Source of the DNA: Thermoanaerobaculia bacterium
Lineage (GTDB): Bacteria; Acidobacteriota; Thermoanaerobaculia; Multivoradales; JAGPDF01
Assembly (NCBI GenBank): GCA_018057705.1
Contig: JAGPDF010000016.1
Coordinates: 5,016-69,015, forward strand
Direction: 5' to 3'
DNA length: 64,000 nt
The notes below the pieces were generated by a model, which saw only the letters and a program-made list of their open reading frames with translations, had not been told where the DNA came from and searched no databases. How positions within the stretch are numbered: position 1 is the first letter of the stretch; every line of letters begins with the position of its first letter. The position numbers were made by a program, and so were the translations under genes. Below are positions 36,437 through 45,914 of the stretch, in pieces.

Positions 36437-37456
36437 GTGTCGGACTCTCAAATCGTACTTTCAGGAATGCGCTCCACCGGGAAGCTCCATCTCGGCCATC
36501 TCTTCGGCACCCTGCACAACTGGGTCGAGCTGCAGGAGAAGCATCGCTGCTACTTCTTCGCCGCCGACTGGCACGCCCTGACCAGCGACTACGCCGACCC
36601 GTCGAAGGTCACCGAGAACACCGTCGAGGCGTTCGCCGACTGGATCGCCGCGGGTGTGGATCCCGAGCGGTCCGTCGTCTTCGTCCAGTCGATGGTGCCG
36701 GAGCACGCCGAGCTGCATCTCATCCTGTCGATGATCACGCCGCTCGGCTGGCTGGAGCGCGTCCCGACCTACAAGGACCAGATCCGCGAGATCGAGAATC
36801 GGGACCTGAACACCTACGGCTTCCTCGGCTACCCGGTCCTCCAGACCTCGGACATCATCCTCTACCGCGCCCACTTCGTTCCCGTCGGCGAGGACCAGGC
36901 GAGCCATCTCGAGCTGTCGCGCGAGATCACGCGCCGCTTCAACAGCCTCTACGGCAACGTCTTTCCGGAGCCGAAGGCGCTGTTCACGAAGACCCCGAAG
37001 GTGCCCGGCCTCGACGGCCGCAAGATGTCGAAGTCGTACGACAACGCCATCAACCTCTCGGATCCGCCGGCGGTCGTGCGGCAGAAGTGCATGACCATGT
37101 TCACCGACCCGACGCGGGTGAGGAAGAGCGATCCCGGGCATCCCGAGAGCTGCAACCTGTTCGAGTTCCACAAGCTGCTTTCGCCCTTGGATCTCCAGGA
37201 GCGCGTGGCGCGCGACTGCCGCGCGGCGGTGATCGGGTGCGTCGAGGACAAGAAGCTCCTGGCGGAGCAGATCATCGCCCTCCTCGAGCCGATCCAGCAG
37301 CGGCGCCACGAGCTGCTGCGCGAGCGCGGTGCGCTGCTCTCGCTGCTGCGCGATGGTTCGGTGCGCGCCCGCGAGCGCGCCCAGGAGACCATGGCGCAGG
37401 TGCGCGGCGCCCTCGGTCTCGACTACGACCGCCTCTTGCAGCGGGAACTCCAGTGA
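36437..37456 (+). CDS. trpS: tryptophan--tRNA ligase
   Basis: Has the class I motifs GKLHLGH (HIGH) and KMSKS. A GTG start is preceded by AAGGAG, and an alternative GTG lies at 36410. Confidence 0.85.
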   Translation: MSDSQIVLSGMRSTGKLHLGHLFGTLHNWVELQEKHRCYFFAADWHALTSDYADPSKVTENTVEAFADWIAAGVDPERSVVFVQSMVPEHAELHLILSMITPLGWLERVPTYKDQIREIENRDLNTYGFLGYPVLQTSDIILYRAHFVPVGEDQASHLELSREITRRFNSLYGNVFPEPKALFTKTPKVPGLDGRKMSKSYDNAINLSDPPAVVRQKCMTMFTDPTRVRKSDPGHPESCNLFEFHKLLSPLDLQERVARDCRAAVIGCVEDKKLLAEQIIALLEPIQQRRHELLRERGALLSLLRDGSVRARERAQETMAQVRGALGLDYDRLLQRELQ

Positions 37457-38244
37457 GCGCGGCACCGGCCGTCACCCGCCTGCTGCCGGAGGCGTGGCGG
37501 GTCCACCTGCCGGTGTTCGACGGGCCGCTCGACCTCCTGCTGCACCTCATCAAGCTCAACGAGGTCGAGATCACCGACATCCCGGTGGCGACGATCTGCG
37601 ATCAGTTCCACGAGTACCTGCGGCTGATGGAAGAGATGGACCTGGACATCGCCGGCGAGTACATCTACGAAGCGGCGCTGCTGATCCAGCTGAAGTCGCG
37701 GCTCCTCCTGCCGCGCCCGAAAAAGACCGACGGCGAACCCTCCGACGAGGATCCGCGCGGCGAGCTCGTGCAGCGGCTGCTGGAGTACCGCCGGATCAAG
37801 GAGGCGGCGCAGGCCCTGGCCGAGGTGGACCGCATGCGGCTCGGTCTCTGGGCCCGCCGCAAGCCCGCCTGGGAGGAGGAGCAGGGCGAAGAGGTCGACA
37901 TGGACGAGGTCTCGCTCTTCGACCTCCTCTCCGCCTTTCGCGGCGTGCTCGACCGCTACGACCGGGAGAATCCCGATCCGATCCTGTTGCCGGCGGAGAG
38001 TTACCCGGTGCGCGGCCAGTTCGAGCGCCTGCTCGACATCCTGAACGCCGGCGCGCCCTTCGACTTCATTCACGACCTGCGGACCCGGAGCTGCCGCGCC
38101 GAGGCGATCGCCGCGTTCCTCGCGGTCCTCGAGCTCGCGCGCTTGCGGCTGGTGCGGATTCACCAGACGGAGTCCGGCGAGATCGTCCTCTACCGGACGA
38201 CCCTCGATCCGACCGCGGAAGACCTGGAGAGTGTGGACGCATGA
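37453..38244 (+). CDS. scpA: segregation and condensation protein A
   Basis: The GTG start overlaps the trpS stop. The product contains the ScpA kleisin motifs FDGPLDLLLHLIKLNEVEI. Confidence 0.85.
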   Translation: MSAAPAVTRLLPEAWRVHLPVFDGPLDLLLHLIKLNEVEITDIPVATICDQFHEYLRLMEEMDLDIAGEYIYEAALLIQLKSRLLLPRPKKTDGEPSDEDPRGELVQRLLEYRRIKEAAQALAEVDRMRLGLWARRKPAWEEEQGEEVDMDEVSLFDLLSAFRGVLDRYDRENPDPILLPAESYPVRGQFERLLDILNAGAPFDFIHDLRTRSCRAEAIAAFLAVLELARLRLVRIHQTESGEIVLYRTTLDPTAEDLESVDA

Positions 38245-38906
38245 TCAGTCGAGCCGATCTCGAGGCCGCCCTGGAGGCGGTGCTGTTCGCAGCCGCCCAG
38301 CCGGTGCCCGTCGACCGCCTGGCCGGCCTCTTCGAAGGTGTCTCGGCGGAGGATCTCGACGCCGCTCTGACCGCGCTGCGGGCGCGCTATCAACCGGAGC
38401 CGGGACGGGGCCTGTTCATCGAAGAGGTCGCCGGCGGACTTCGCATCGTGACGGCGGCGGAGTACCATCCCTATCTCAAGAAGTTCTTCGACGCCGCCGG
38501 CGGCAACAAGCTCTCGATGGCGGCGATCGAGACCCTGGCGATCGTCGCCTACCGCCAGCCGGTGACGGCGCCGGAGGTGCAGGAGATGCGCGGCAAGCAG
38601 TCCCAGGCCGTGATCCGCAACCTGCTGGAGAAGCGCCTGCTCCGGATCTCGGGGAGGAAGGAAGTGGTCGGCCGGCCCTTCCTGTATTCGACCACGCGGG
38701 AATTCCTCATGCATTTCGGCCTGAAGGGCCTGGGTGAGCTGCCGCCTCTCGAGGAGTTCGAGGAGACGTTCGGCAGCGAGCCGGTCGAAGCGATCGAAGT
38801 TCCCGATTCGACCGCTGCGACGGAGACGATGGAAGCGCATGAGCCCGCCGAATCCGATTCGGCGGCAGCGTTCGAAGTGGAGTCTTTAAGTCCGGAGGAA
38901 TCGTGA
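38241..38906 (+). CDS. scpB: segregation and condensation protein B
   Basis: The ATG start overlaps the scpA stop. The product has the ScpB winged-helix repeats (LETLAIVAYRQPVT). Confidence 0.85.
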   Translation: MISRADLEAALEAVLFAAAQPVPVDRLAGLFEGVSAEDLDAALTALRARYQPEPGRGLFIEEVAGGLRIVTAAEYHPYLKKFFDAAGGNKLSMAAIETLAIVAYRQPVTAPEVQEMRGKQSQAVIRNLLEKRLLRISGRKEVVGRPFLYSTTREFLMHFGLKGLGELPPLEEFEETFGSEPVEAIEVPDSTAATETMEAHEPAESDSAAAFEVESLSPEES

Positions 38907-40069
38907 CCGCAGAGAGGTTGCAGAAGATCCTGGCGAGAGCCGGTGTCGCCGCCCGCAGGAAAGCCGAGAACCTGATCACCGAAGGCCGGGTGACCGTCAA
39001 CGGCAAGGTCGCCGTGCTCGGTGAGAAGGCCGATCCGGCCGTCGACTCGATCAAGGTGGACGACAAGCGCATCCAGGCCGCCACGTCGCAGCGGTATCTC
39101 CTCCTCAACAAGCCGCGCGGTTACCTGACCGCGGTCGAGGACGAGGCCGGCCGGCCGACGGTCATGCAGCTCGTGCCGCAGCACTGGCGCAAGGCCCTGA
39201 TTCCCGTCGGTCGCCTCGACTACCAGACCGAGGGGCTCCTGCTGCTCACCGACGACGGTGAGTTCGCCCAGCGCATCTCCCATCCGCGCTACGGTTGCCA
39301 CAAGACCTACGAGGTGAAGGTCAAGGGAACGCCCGAAGAGGCCGACCTCGACCGCCTGCGCAAGGGGATCGTCATCGAAGGCAAGCGGACCTCCCCCTGC
39401 CGGATCACCTGGATGAAGAGCACCGGCAGCCGCGACGAGGAGGGGGGCAACACCTGGTTCGCCGTCGAGCTCTCCGAAGGCCGCACCCGCCAGGTGCGCG
39501 AGATGTTCTTCCGCATCGCGCATCCGGTGCAGAAGCTGCGCCGGGTCGCGATCGGCCCGCTGCGCGACACCGAGCTGCCGGTGGGAGCGCTGCGCGAGCT
39601 CTCCGATCGCGAGCTCGCCTTGCTGCGCAAGGCGACCGAAAAGGTGGTGGCGAAGGCGACCAAACCGCGCGCCGCCAAGCGTCTGCCGGCCGGACTCTCC
39701 GAGCGGTCCACCGGCACCGAGCGGCCGGCGCGAGCCGAGCGCCCGGTGCGCGCGGAGCGCGCCGAGCGGCCGGTGCGTCCGTTCCGGCCCCAGCGCACGG
39801 CGCGCGTCGAGAGCCCCGAAGCGGACTCCCGTCCGGCGCGCCCGTTCCGCGCCGACGGTGCGGCGCGGCCCGCGCGGCCTGAACGTCCGGCACGCGCCGA
39901 GAGACCCGAACGAGCGGCGCGCGCGACCCGGGCGGAGCGCCCGGCTGCGGCCGACCGCCCGTCGCGCAAGCCACGGCCGGCCGGCTCGTCCCGTCCCGAT
40001 GGCGCACGTCCCCCCGGTCGTGGGCGACCGGCCCCCGGCGGAAAACCGCGGACCTCGCGCCCGCGGTGA
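38903..40069 (+). CDS. rluB: 23S rRNA pseudouridine synthase, RluB family (S4 domain + RsuA/RluB catalytic domain) with basic repetitive tail
   Basis: The N-terminus has an S4 domain and the catalytic motif is GRLDYQTEGLLLLTDDG. The C-terminal ~150 aa consists of ERPxRAER repeats. Confidence 0.8.
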   Translation: MTAERLQKILARAGVAARRKAENLITEGRVTVNGKVAVLGEKADPAVDSIKVDDKRIQAATSQRYLLLNKPRGYLTAVEDEAGRPTVMQLVPQHWRKALIPVGRLDYQTEGLLLLTDDGEFAQRISHPRYGCHKTYEVKVKGTPEEADLDRLRKGIVIEGKRTSPCRITWMKSTGSRDEEGGNTWFAVELSEGRTRQVREMFFRIAHPVQKLRRVAIGPLRDTELPVGALRELSDRELALLRKATEKVVAKATKPRAAKRLPAGLSERSTGTERPARAERPVRAERAERPVRPFRPQRTARVESPEADSRPARPFRADGAARPARPERPARAERPERAARATRAERPAAADRPSRKPRPAGSSRPDGARPPGRGRPAPGGKPRTSRPR

Positions 40070-40788
40070 GCGAAACGCCTCCCCCCCAGAGTCCTCCGAT
40101 GCCGCTCGTCGTGGTCGCGATCGACGGCCCGGCCGGGGTGGGAAAGAGCACCGTGGCCCGCCGCCTCGCGGCGCGCCTCGCGGTGCCGTACGTCGACACC
40201 GGCGCGATGTACCGGGCGACGGCGCTGCACCTTGCCGACCATGGGATCGATCCGGAAGACCGCGCGGCGGTTGCGACGGCGGTCGAGTCGATGCCGCTCC
40301 GGCTGGTGCTGCTCGCCGGCGGGGCCCAGGTCGAGCTCGGCGGCGAGCGGCCGGGCGAGCGCCTGCGCCGGCCGGATGTCGCGGCGCTGACCTCGCGCAT
40401 TGCCGTCCATCCCGAGGTCCGTCAGCGCCTGGTCGCACTGCAGCAGGAGTTCGTCCGCCGCCATGGCGGCGTGATGGAGGGTCGCGACATCGGCACGGTG
40501 GTCGCGCCGGAGACACCGTTCAAGTTCTACCTCGATGCCGACCCGGGGGTGCGTGCCGAGCGCCGGCACGCCGAGCTGGTGGGGAAGAGGGGCGGGCCAG
40601 AGCCCGGCCCGGAGCCGGGCGAGGTCGCCCGCGAGCTCGCCGAGCGCGACGCCCGCGACAGCTCGCGCAGTACCTCGCCCCTCCAGGCGGCTCCGGACGC
40701 CTGCCGGATCGACACCGGCAGCCTCGATCCCGAAGCGGTCGTCGAGGTGATGCTGGGCGAAATCCAGCGGCGCGCGGCGCGCGGCTGA
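40066..40788 (+). CDS. cmk: (d)CMP kinase
   Basis: Has the P-loop IDGPAGVGKSTVAR. The GTG start overlaps the rluB stop, and an alternative ATG lies at 40099. Confidence 0.85.
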   Translation: MSETPPPQSPPMPLVVVAIDGPAGVGKSTVARRLAARLAVPYVDTGAMYRATALHLADHGIDPEDRAAVATAVESMPLRLVLLAGGAQVELGGERPGERLRRPDVAALTSRIAVHPEVRQRLVALQQEFVRRHGGVMEGRDIGTVVAPETPFKFYLDADPGVRAERRHAELVGKRGGPEPGPEPGEVARELAERDARDSSRSTSPLQAAPDACRIDTGSLDPEAVVEVMLGEIQRRAARG

Positions 40789-40822
40789 TCGCGCCCGCCG
40801 CGGCCGGCCGCCGGTTGCCGGT

Positions 40823-41923
40823 TCAGCCCTGCTGGGCGAGCCGCTCGAGCACGGCACGCTCCCAGTGCCGCGGTCCGAGCAGCTTCACGTCGGCGATCCT
40901 TGCCTCGGCCATGCGGTCGGCAGCGACGGAGGTCGGGATGCCGTCGCGCTTTGCGATCGCGAAGACCCGCAGGACGTTGTCGAAGATGCCGCGCGCCCGG
41001 CGCAGGGCGCGGTCCTGGTCGTAGCCGATGAACTCCTGGAAGACGTTGATCAGGCCGCCGGCGTTGATCACGAAGTCGGGCGCATAGAGGATCCCGCGGG
41101 AGTCGATCTCGGCGCCATGCCGGGCGGCGTCGGCCAGCTGATTGTTGGCGCCGCCCGCGACCGCCTTCGCCTTGAGGCGGGGGAGGGTGTCGTCGTTGAG
41201 GATCGCGCCCAGCGCGCAGGGGGCGAAGATGTCGCAGTCGACGTCGTAGATCGCCTCCGGCTCGACGATCTCGACCCCCAGTTCCCGGGCCTCGGCGATG
41301 GCGTCGCGGTCGATGTCGCAGCCCACGATCCGCGCGCCCTCGTCCTTGAGGTAGCCCGCGAGGTAGCCGCCGACGTTGCCGAGCCCCTGGATCGCGACGG
41401 TGCGCGCGCCGAGCTCCGTCGATCCCCAGAGGGTCTCGGCCGCAGCCTTGATCCCCTGCAGGACGCCCAGCGCGGTCACCGGCGAGGGGTCTCCACCGCC
41501 GCCGAGCTCGGGCGCGACGCCGGTCACCCACGCGGTCTCCTGCGCGATGAGCTCCATGTCGGAGGTGTTGGTGCCGACGTCCTCGGCGGTGATGTAGTGG
41601 CCGCCGAGCGAGCCGACGAAACGCCCGAAGGCGCGGAAGAGGGCCTCCGACTTGTCCTTCTTTGGGTCGCCGATGATGACCGCCTTGGCCCCGCCGAGGT
41701 TGATCCCGGCCGCCGCGGCCTTGTAGGTCATGCCGCGCGACAGCCGGAGCGCGTCGGTCATGGCGGCGTCGAAGCTCTCGTAGGGCCACATCCGCGTGCC
41801 GCCCAGGCCCGGGCCGAGCACGGTCGAGTGGATGGCGATGATCGCCTCGAGGCCGACTTCCCGGTTCGAGCACAGCAGCACGCGCTCGTGCCCCATCTCC
41901 TTCATCTCGGCGAAAGCGTCCAT
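40823..41923 (-). CDS. ldh: leucine (branched-chain amino acid) dehydrogenase, Glu/Leu/Phe/Val dehydrogenase family
   Basis: The 366 aa product aligns end to end with Bacillus LeuDH, sharing GGTRMW, GINLGGAK, DIFAPCALGA and DFVINAGG. GAGGAAG lies 8 nt upstream of the ATG. Confidence 0.85.
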   Translation of the reverse strand: MDAFAEMKEMGHERVLLCSNREVGLEAIIAIHSTVLGPGLGGTRMWPYESFDAAMTDALRLSRGMTYKAAAAGINLGGAKAVIIGDPKKDKSEALFRAFGRFVGSLGGHYITAEDVGTNTSDMELIAQETAWVTGVAPELGGGGDPSPVTALGVLQGIKAAAETLWGSTELGARTVAIQGLGNVGGYLAGYLKDEGARIVGCDIDRDAIAEARELGVEIVEPEAIYDVDCDIFAPCALGAILNDDTLPRLKAKAVAGGANNQLADAARHGAEIDSRGILYAPDFVINAGGLINVFQEFIGYDQDRALRRARGIFDNVLRVFAIAKRDGIPTSVAADRMAEARIADVKLLGPRHWERAVLERLAQQG

Positions 41924-42017
41924 GCGATCTTCCTCTCGTGCCCGAAGGGCCCCATGTCCAAATGGATTGCCGCGAAAACCCGCGGATTCTACTGCACGGT
42001 CCCCGTACAATCGCCGC

Positions 42018-43139
42018 ATGAACCGCCGCGCCGATGCCGCCTGGGTCAAGGAGCTCGCGCTCGCCGCGGGCTTCGCGCGCGCCGGCATCGCCACCGTCGC
42101 TCCCTCCGCGACGGGCGCTGCCAACGACCGCTGGATCGGTGAAGGCGGGCATGCCGACATGGCCTATCTCGAGAGGCATGCCGCGCTGCGCCGGGATCCT
42201 CGCGACCTCCTTCCCGCCGCGCGGAGCGTTCTTTGCGTCGCGCTCGATTACGCTCCGCCCGCCGACTCCCCCGAACCCGCAGGAGACTTCTGGCCGGGTG
42301 TCGCGCGCTACGCGCGCGGGCAGGATTACCACGATTCCCTGCGCGAAAAGCTCGGTAAAGTAAAAGTGGCGATCGAAGCGGAGGTGCCGGAAATCGAGGC
42401 GCGGATCTGTGTCGATACGGCCCCGCTCCTCGAGCGGGAGTGGGCGGCGCGTGCCGGTCTCGGTGCGTTTGGCAAGAACACCAACCTCCTGCACCCCGAA
42501 AGCGGGTCCTTTTTTCTATTGGCCGAGCTTTTGCTTTCTCTGGATCTGGCACCGGACCTGCCGGTCTCCGACCTCTGCGGGGCTTGCACGAGGTGTGTGG
42601 AGGCCTGTCCGACCGGCGCGCTGAGCGCCTACCGGCTCGAGAGCTCGCGCTGCATCAGCTACTGGACGATCGAGCAGCGCGGCGACATTCCGCCCGCGAT
42701 CCGGGCGGGGATGGGGGAGTGGGTCTTCGGCTGCGACATCTGCCAGGAGGTCTGCCCCTGGAACGGCGATCCGGTGGGGGAGCTCGCCGCGGAGTTCGCG
42801 ACCCCTCCGGCGCGGCAGCAGCTCTCGTTGGCCGGCGTCCTGGGCGGCGAGGAGGGCGACCTCCGGGCGCTCCTGCGCGGCAGTCCGCTTCTACGTCCCA
42901 AAGTGGACGGCCTGAAACGAAATGTCGCGGTGGCGATGGGAAATCGGCGCGATCCGGGATATATTGCGTCTCTGGCCGAGGCGCTCGAGAGCGGCTCACC
43001 CGTAGTCCGCAGGCACAGCGCCTGGGCTCTGGGGGAGATCGGCACAGTGGAGGCGAAGGAAATCCTGCAGCGAGCCCTCGAAGGCGAGGCGGATCCGGTC
43101 CAGCGTTTCGAGCTGGAAACGGCCCTCGGCCCCCTTTGA
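42018..43139 (+). CDS. queG: epoxyqueuosine reductase QueG
   Basis: Carries 4Fe-4S cluster motifs CGACTRCVEACP and CDICQEVCP, with C-terminal HEAT-like repeats. Confidence 0.85.
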   Translation: MNRRADAAWVKELALAAGFARAGIATVAPSATGAANDRWIGEGGHADMAYLERHAALRRDPRDLLPAARSVLCVALDYAPPADSPEPAGDFWPGVARYARGQDYHDSLREKLGKVKVAIEAEVPEIEARICVDTAPLLEREWAARAGLGAFGKNTNLLHPESGSFFLLAELLLSLDLAPDLPVSDLCGACTRCVEACPTGALSAYRLESSRCISYWTIEQRGDIPPAIRAGMGEWVFGCDICQEVCPWNGDPVGELAAEFATPPARQQLSLAGVLGGEEGDLRALLRGSPLLRPKVDGLKRNVAVAMGNRRDPGYIASLAEALESGSPVVRRHSAWALGEIGTVEAKEILQRALEGEADPVQRFELETALGPL

Positions 43140-43265
43140 CAGCGGGCGCGAGCGACCCATATACTTTCAAGGCTCGAATTCTCAACGGCTTAGAATGTCG
43201 AGTCCCCTTTCCAGGGGCACGAGGCCAGGCCTCGAAAAAAATCCAAACCAGGAGGTAGTACCGGA

Positions 43266-44990
43266 ATGAGCTTGGGCAAGCAGCGCGCGGAAATCGATGA
43301 GGAGATGAGCGCCGAGGACCAGCGCGCTTACGAGCAGTTCATCGGACTGTACGACCAGAGCATGAAGAACCTCGCCGAAGGCGAGATCGTCAAGGGCCGG
43401 GTCGTCACGATCACCAACAACTCCGTGGTGATCGACGTCGGCTACAAGTCGGAAGGCCTGATCCCCGTCGCCGAGTTCCACAACGAAGAGGGCAAGCTGA
43501 CCGTCGCGGTCGGCGATGACGTCGAGGTGCTCCTCGAGAAGACCGAGGACCTCGAAGGCCACATCCTGCTGTCCTACGCCAAGGCGGCGCGCATGCGCGT
43601 CTGGACCGACGTGGAGAACAGCTTCAAGGAGGGCCGGATCATCAAGGGCCGGGTCATCGATCGCATCAAGGGCGGCCTGACGGTCGACGTCGGCGTCCGC
43701 GCCTTCCTGCCGGGATCGCTCGCCGACATCAAGCCGGTGAAGAACCTGGAGAGCCTCAAGGGCCGCGATCTCGAGTTCAAGGTCATCAGCCTCGACCGTC
43801 GCCGCAACAACATCGTCCTGTCGCGCAAGGCCGTCCTGGAAAAGGAGTACGAGCGCAAGAAGGGCGAGACGCTCGAGCGCCTGCAGGAGGGCGAGCGCTT
43901 GAAGGGCGTCGTCAAGAACATCACCGACTACGGCGTGTTCGTCGACCTCGGCGGCATCGACGGTCTGCTGCACATCACCGACATCTCCTGGGGCCGGGTG
44001 AACCATCCCTCGGAGCATTTCAACGTCGGTGACGAAGTGGACGTCATCGTGCTCAAGTTCGACCGCGAGTCCGAGCGCGTCTCGCTCGGCTACAAGCAGC
44101 GCCAGGAGGATCCCTGGATCCATGTCGACCAGAAGTTCCCGGTCGGTGCTCGGGTCGAGGGCAAGGTCGTGAGCCTCGTCGACTACGGCGCGTTCGTCGA
44201 GCTCGAAGAGGGTGTCGAGGGTCTCGTGCACGTCAGCGAGATGTCGTGGACGAAGAAGGTGGTCAGCCCGGCGAAGCTCCTCGTTCCCGGTCAGCAGCTC
44301 GCCGCCATCGTCACCGAGCTCGACCTCGGCCAGCGCCGCATCAGCCTCTCGCTGCGCCAGATCGAACGCAATCCCTGGGAAGGACTTTCCAACCTCTTCC
44401 CGGTGGGCTCGATCATCGACGGCCGGGTGCGCAACCTCACCGAGTTCGGCGCCTTCGTCGAGATCACCGAGGAGATCGACGGCCTGGTTCACGTCTCCGA
44501 CATGAGCTGGACCAAGCGCATCAAGCACCCCAGCGAGGTCCTGAAGAAGGGCGACACCGTCCGCGCGCGCATCACCAACATCGACGTCGACAACCAGCGC
44601 GTTTCGCTGTCGATCAAGGAGTTCCTGCCGAACGAGTGGCAGGAGTTCGTCGAGAACAACCGGGTCGGCGACATCGTCACCGGCCGCGTGGTCAACGTCA
44701 CGGACTTCGGTCTGTTCATCGACATCTTCGACGGCCTCGAAGGCCTCGCGCACATCAGCGAGATCGACTTCGCCGGCGGCAAGCTCGAGAGCACGTTCCC
44801 GGTCGGCAAGTGGGTCCGGGCGCGCATTCTCCGGATCGAGCAGGACGAGAAGAAGGTCGGTCTCACGATCCGCGGCGTCTCGCAGCCCTCCGACGAAGAG
44901 GTCGCCGAGCTCGAAGCGTCGGTTGCCGCCAAGACGGTCGAACCCACCGAGCCCACCGAGCCGGCGGAGTCGGATGGCGAAGCTTCCTGA
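43266..44990 (+). CDS. rpsA: 30S ribosomal protein S1
   Basis: The product has six S1 domains and is 574 aa. CAGGAGG lies 8 nt upstream of the ATG. Confidence 0.95.
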   Translation: MSLGKQRAEIDEEMSAEDQRAYEQFIGLYDQSMKNLAEGEIVKGRVVTITNNSVVIDVGYKSEGLIPVAEFHNEEGKLTVAVGDDVEVLLEKTEDLEGHILLSYAKAARMRVWTDVENSFKEGRIIKGRVIDRIKGGLTVDVGVRAFLPGSLADIKPVKNLESLKGRDLEFKVISLDRRRNNIVLSRKAVLEKEYERKKGETLERLQEGERLKGVVKNITDYGVFVDLGGIDGLLHITDISWGRVNHPSEHFNVGDEVDVIVLKFDRESERVSLGYKQRQEDPWIHVDQKFPVGARVEGKVVSLVDYGAFVELEEGVEGLVHVSEMSWTKKVVSPAKLLVPGQQLAAIVTELDLGQRRISLSLRQIERNPWEGLSNLFPVGSIIDGRVRNLTEFGAFVEITEEIDGLVHVSDMSWTKRIKHPSEVLKKGDTVRARITNIDVDNQRVSLSIKEFLPNEWQEFVENNRVGDIVTGRVVNVTDFGLFIDIFDGLEGLAHISEIDFAGGKLESTFPVGKWVRARILRIEQDEKKVGLTIRGVSQPSDEEVAELEASVAAKTVEPTEPTEPAESDGEAS

Positions 44991-45009
44991 GCCGGTAAAG
45001 GGGCAGCCC

Positions 45010-45315
45010 GTGGAGCCGGCGAACGATGGACTCACCAAGGCGGATCTCGTCGAAGAAGTGGCGAGGACCGCGCAGTTGACCAAGAAGCAGGCCGAGGGGA
45101 TCGTCAATCTCGTTTTTCAGACGATCATCGACTCGCTTCGGGAGGGGTCCAAGATCGAGCTCCGCGGGTTCGGCAGCTTCCGGATCCGCAACCGCGGCGC
45201 GCGGCTCGGGAGGAATCCAAAGACGGGGGAGCGGGTGGAAGTCCCGCCGAAGCGGATTCCCTACTTCAAACCGGGCAAGGAGCTCAAAGAGCAGCTCAAT
45301 CAGTCGGCTTCCTGA
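45010..45315 (+). CDS. ihfB: integration host factor subunit beta
   Basis: Contains ELRGFGSFRIRNRGARLGRNPKTGERVEVPPKRIPYFKPGKELKEQLN, which aligns tightly with E. coli IHF-beta. The gene sits in the conserved rpsA-ihfB position. A GTG start preceded by AAGGGG gives 101 aa. An alternative ATG at 44974 would overlap rpsA by 17 nt. Confidence 0.75.
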   Translation: MEPANDGLTKADLVEEVARTAQLTKKQAEGIVNLVFQTIIDSLREGSKIELRGFGSFRIRNRGARLGRNPKTGERVEVPPKRIPYFKPGKELKEQLNQSAS

Positions 45316-45327
45316 CGCGGAGATTCG

Positions 45328-45726
45328 GTGACCGAAGCTGCGAAGTCGAGTTTTCCCCTGCGGGCCGTCCTCCTTGCAGTGCTGGCCTGGCTGTTGCCGG
45401 CGTCCGGACACCTCCTCCTCGGGAAGAGGTTCCGGGCGCTCGGTTTCGCCATCGTTCTGCTGATCGCTTTCGGACTTGGAATGCGGCTCGAAGGCAACCT
45501 CTACCGGCCGGTGGCGGGGCAGCCCCTGTCCTATCTCGCGACGCTCGGAGCAATGGGGGTCGGTGCCCCCTATTTCGTCGCGCGCTACGGCGCCGGCTAT
45601 CAGGGCAAGCCCGAGGCCCAGGGCTTCGAGTACGGCACCATCTTCCTGCTCTCCGCGGGCCTCATGAACCTCCTTCTGGTGCTCGATGTCTGGGACATCG
45701 CCCGCGGCAGAAAGGAGGACGAGTGA
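45328..45726 (+). CDS. hypothetical membrane protein
   Basis: The 132 aa product from a GTG start has three predicted TM helices and no family assignment. Confidence 0.4.
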   Translation: MTEAAKSSFPLRAVLLAVLAWLLPASGHLLLGKRFRALGFAIVLLIAFGLGMRLEGNLYRPVAGQPLSYLATLGAMGVGAPYFVARYGAGYQGKPEAQGFEYGTIFLLSAGLMNLLLVLDVWDIARGRKEDE

Positions 45727-45914
45727 GTCATCTCGTCCTGATGACGACCTATGCCGCCCTGGTGTCGGTCTTCTTCGCCCTCCTCTGGCGGCGCGGACGG
45801 CAGCAGCAGGCGAAGCTCTTCCTGCAGATCTTTCTCGGCATGATGATCGGCGCCATCCTTCTCGGGTGGCTGATGTATCCGTTCCCCACCGGGCCAGCCG
45901 CTCCGATCCCATGA
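45723..45914 (+). CDS. hypothetical small membrane protein
   Basis: The 63 aa product has two TM helices, and the gene is 4-nt coupled to both the upstream ORF and lpxB. Confidence 0.3.
   Translation: MSHLVLMTTYAALVSVFFALLWRRGRQQQAKLFLQIFLGMMIGAILLGWLMYPFPTGPAAPIP

Noticed and set aside
38549-40516. A 655 aa minus-strand ORF.
   Set aside because: It is antisense to rluB and cmk, its product is Arg/Pro/Gly low-complexity, and it has no homology signal.
43140-43265. Hairpin CGAGGCCAGGCCTCG followed by AAAAAAA upstream of rpsA, considered as a terminator.
   Set aside because: The A-run lies on the wrong side for a plus-strand terminator, and no minus-strand gene ends there. It is more likely part of the rpsA leader.
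43182-45107. A 641 aa minus-strand ORF.
   Set aside because: It is antisense to rpsA. The rpsA product shows six S1 domains, so this ORF is spurious.
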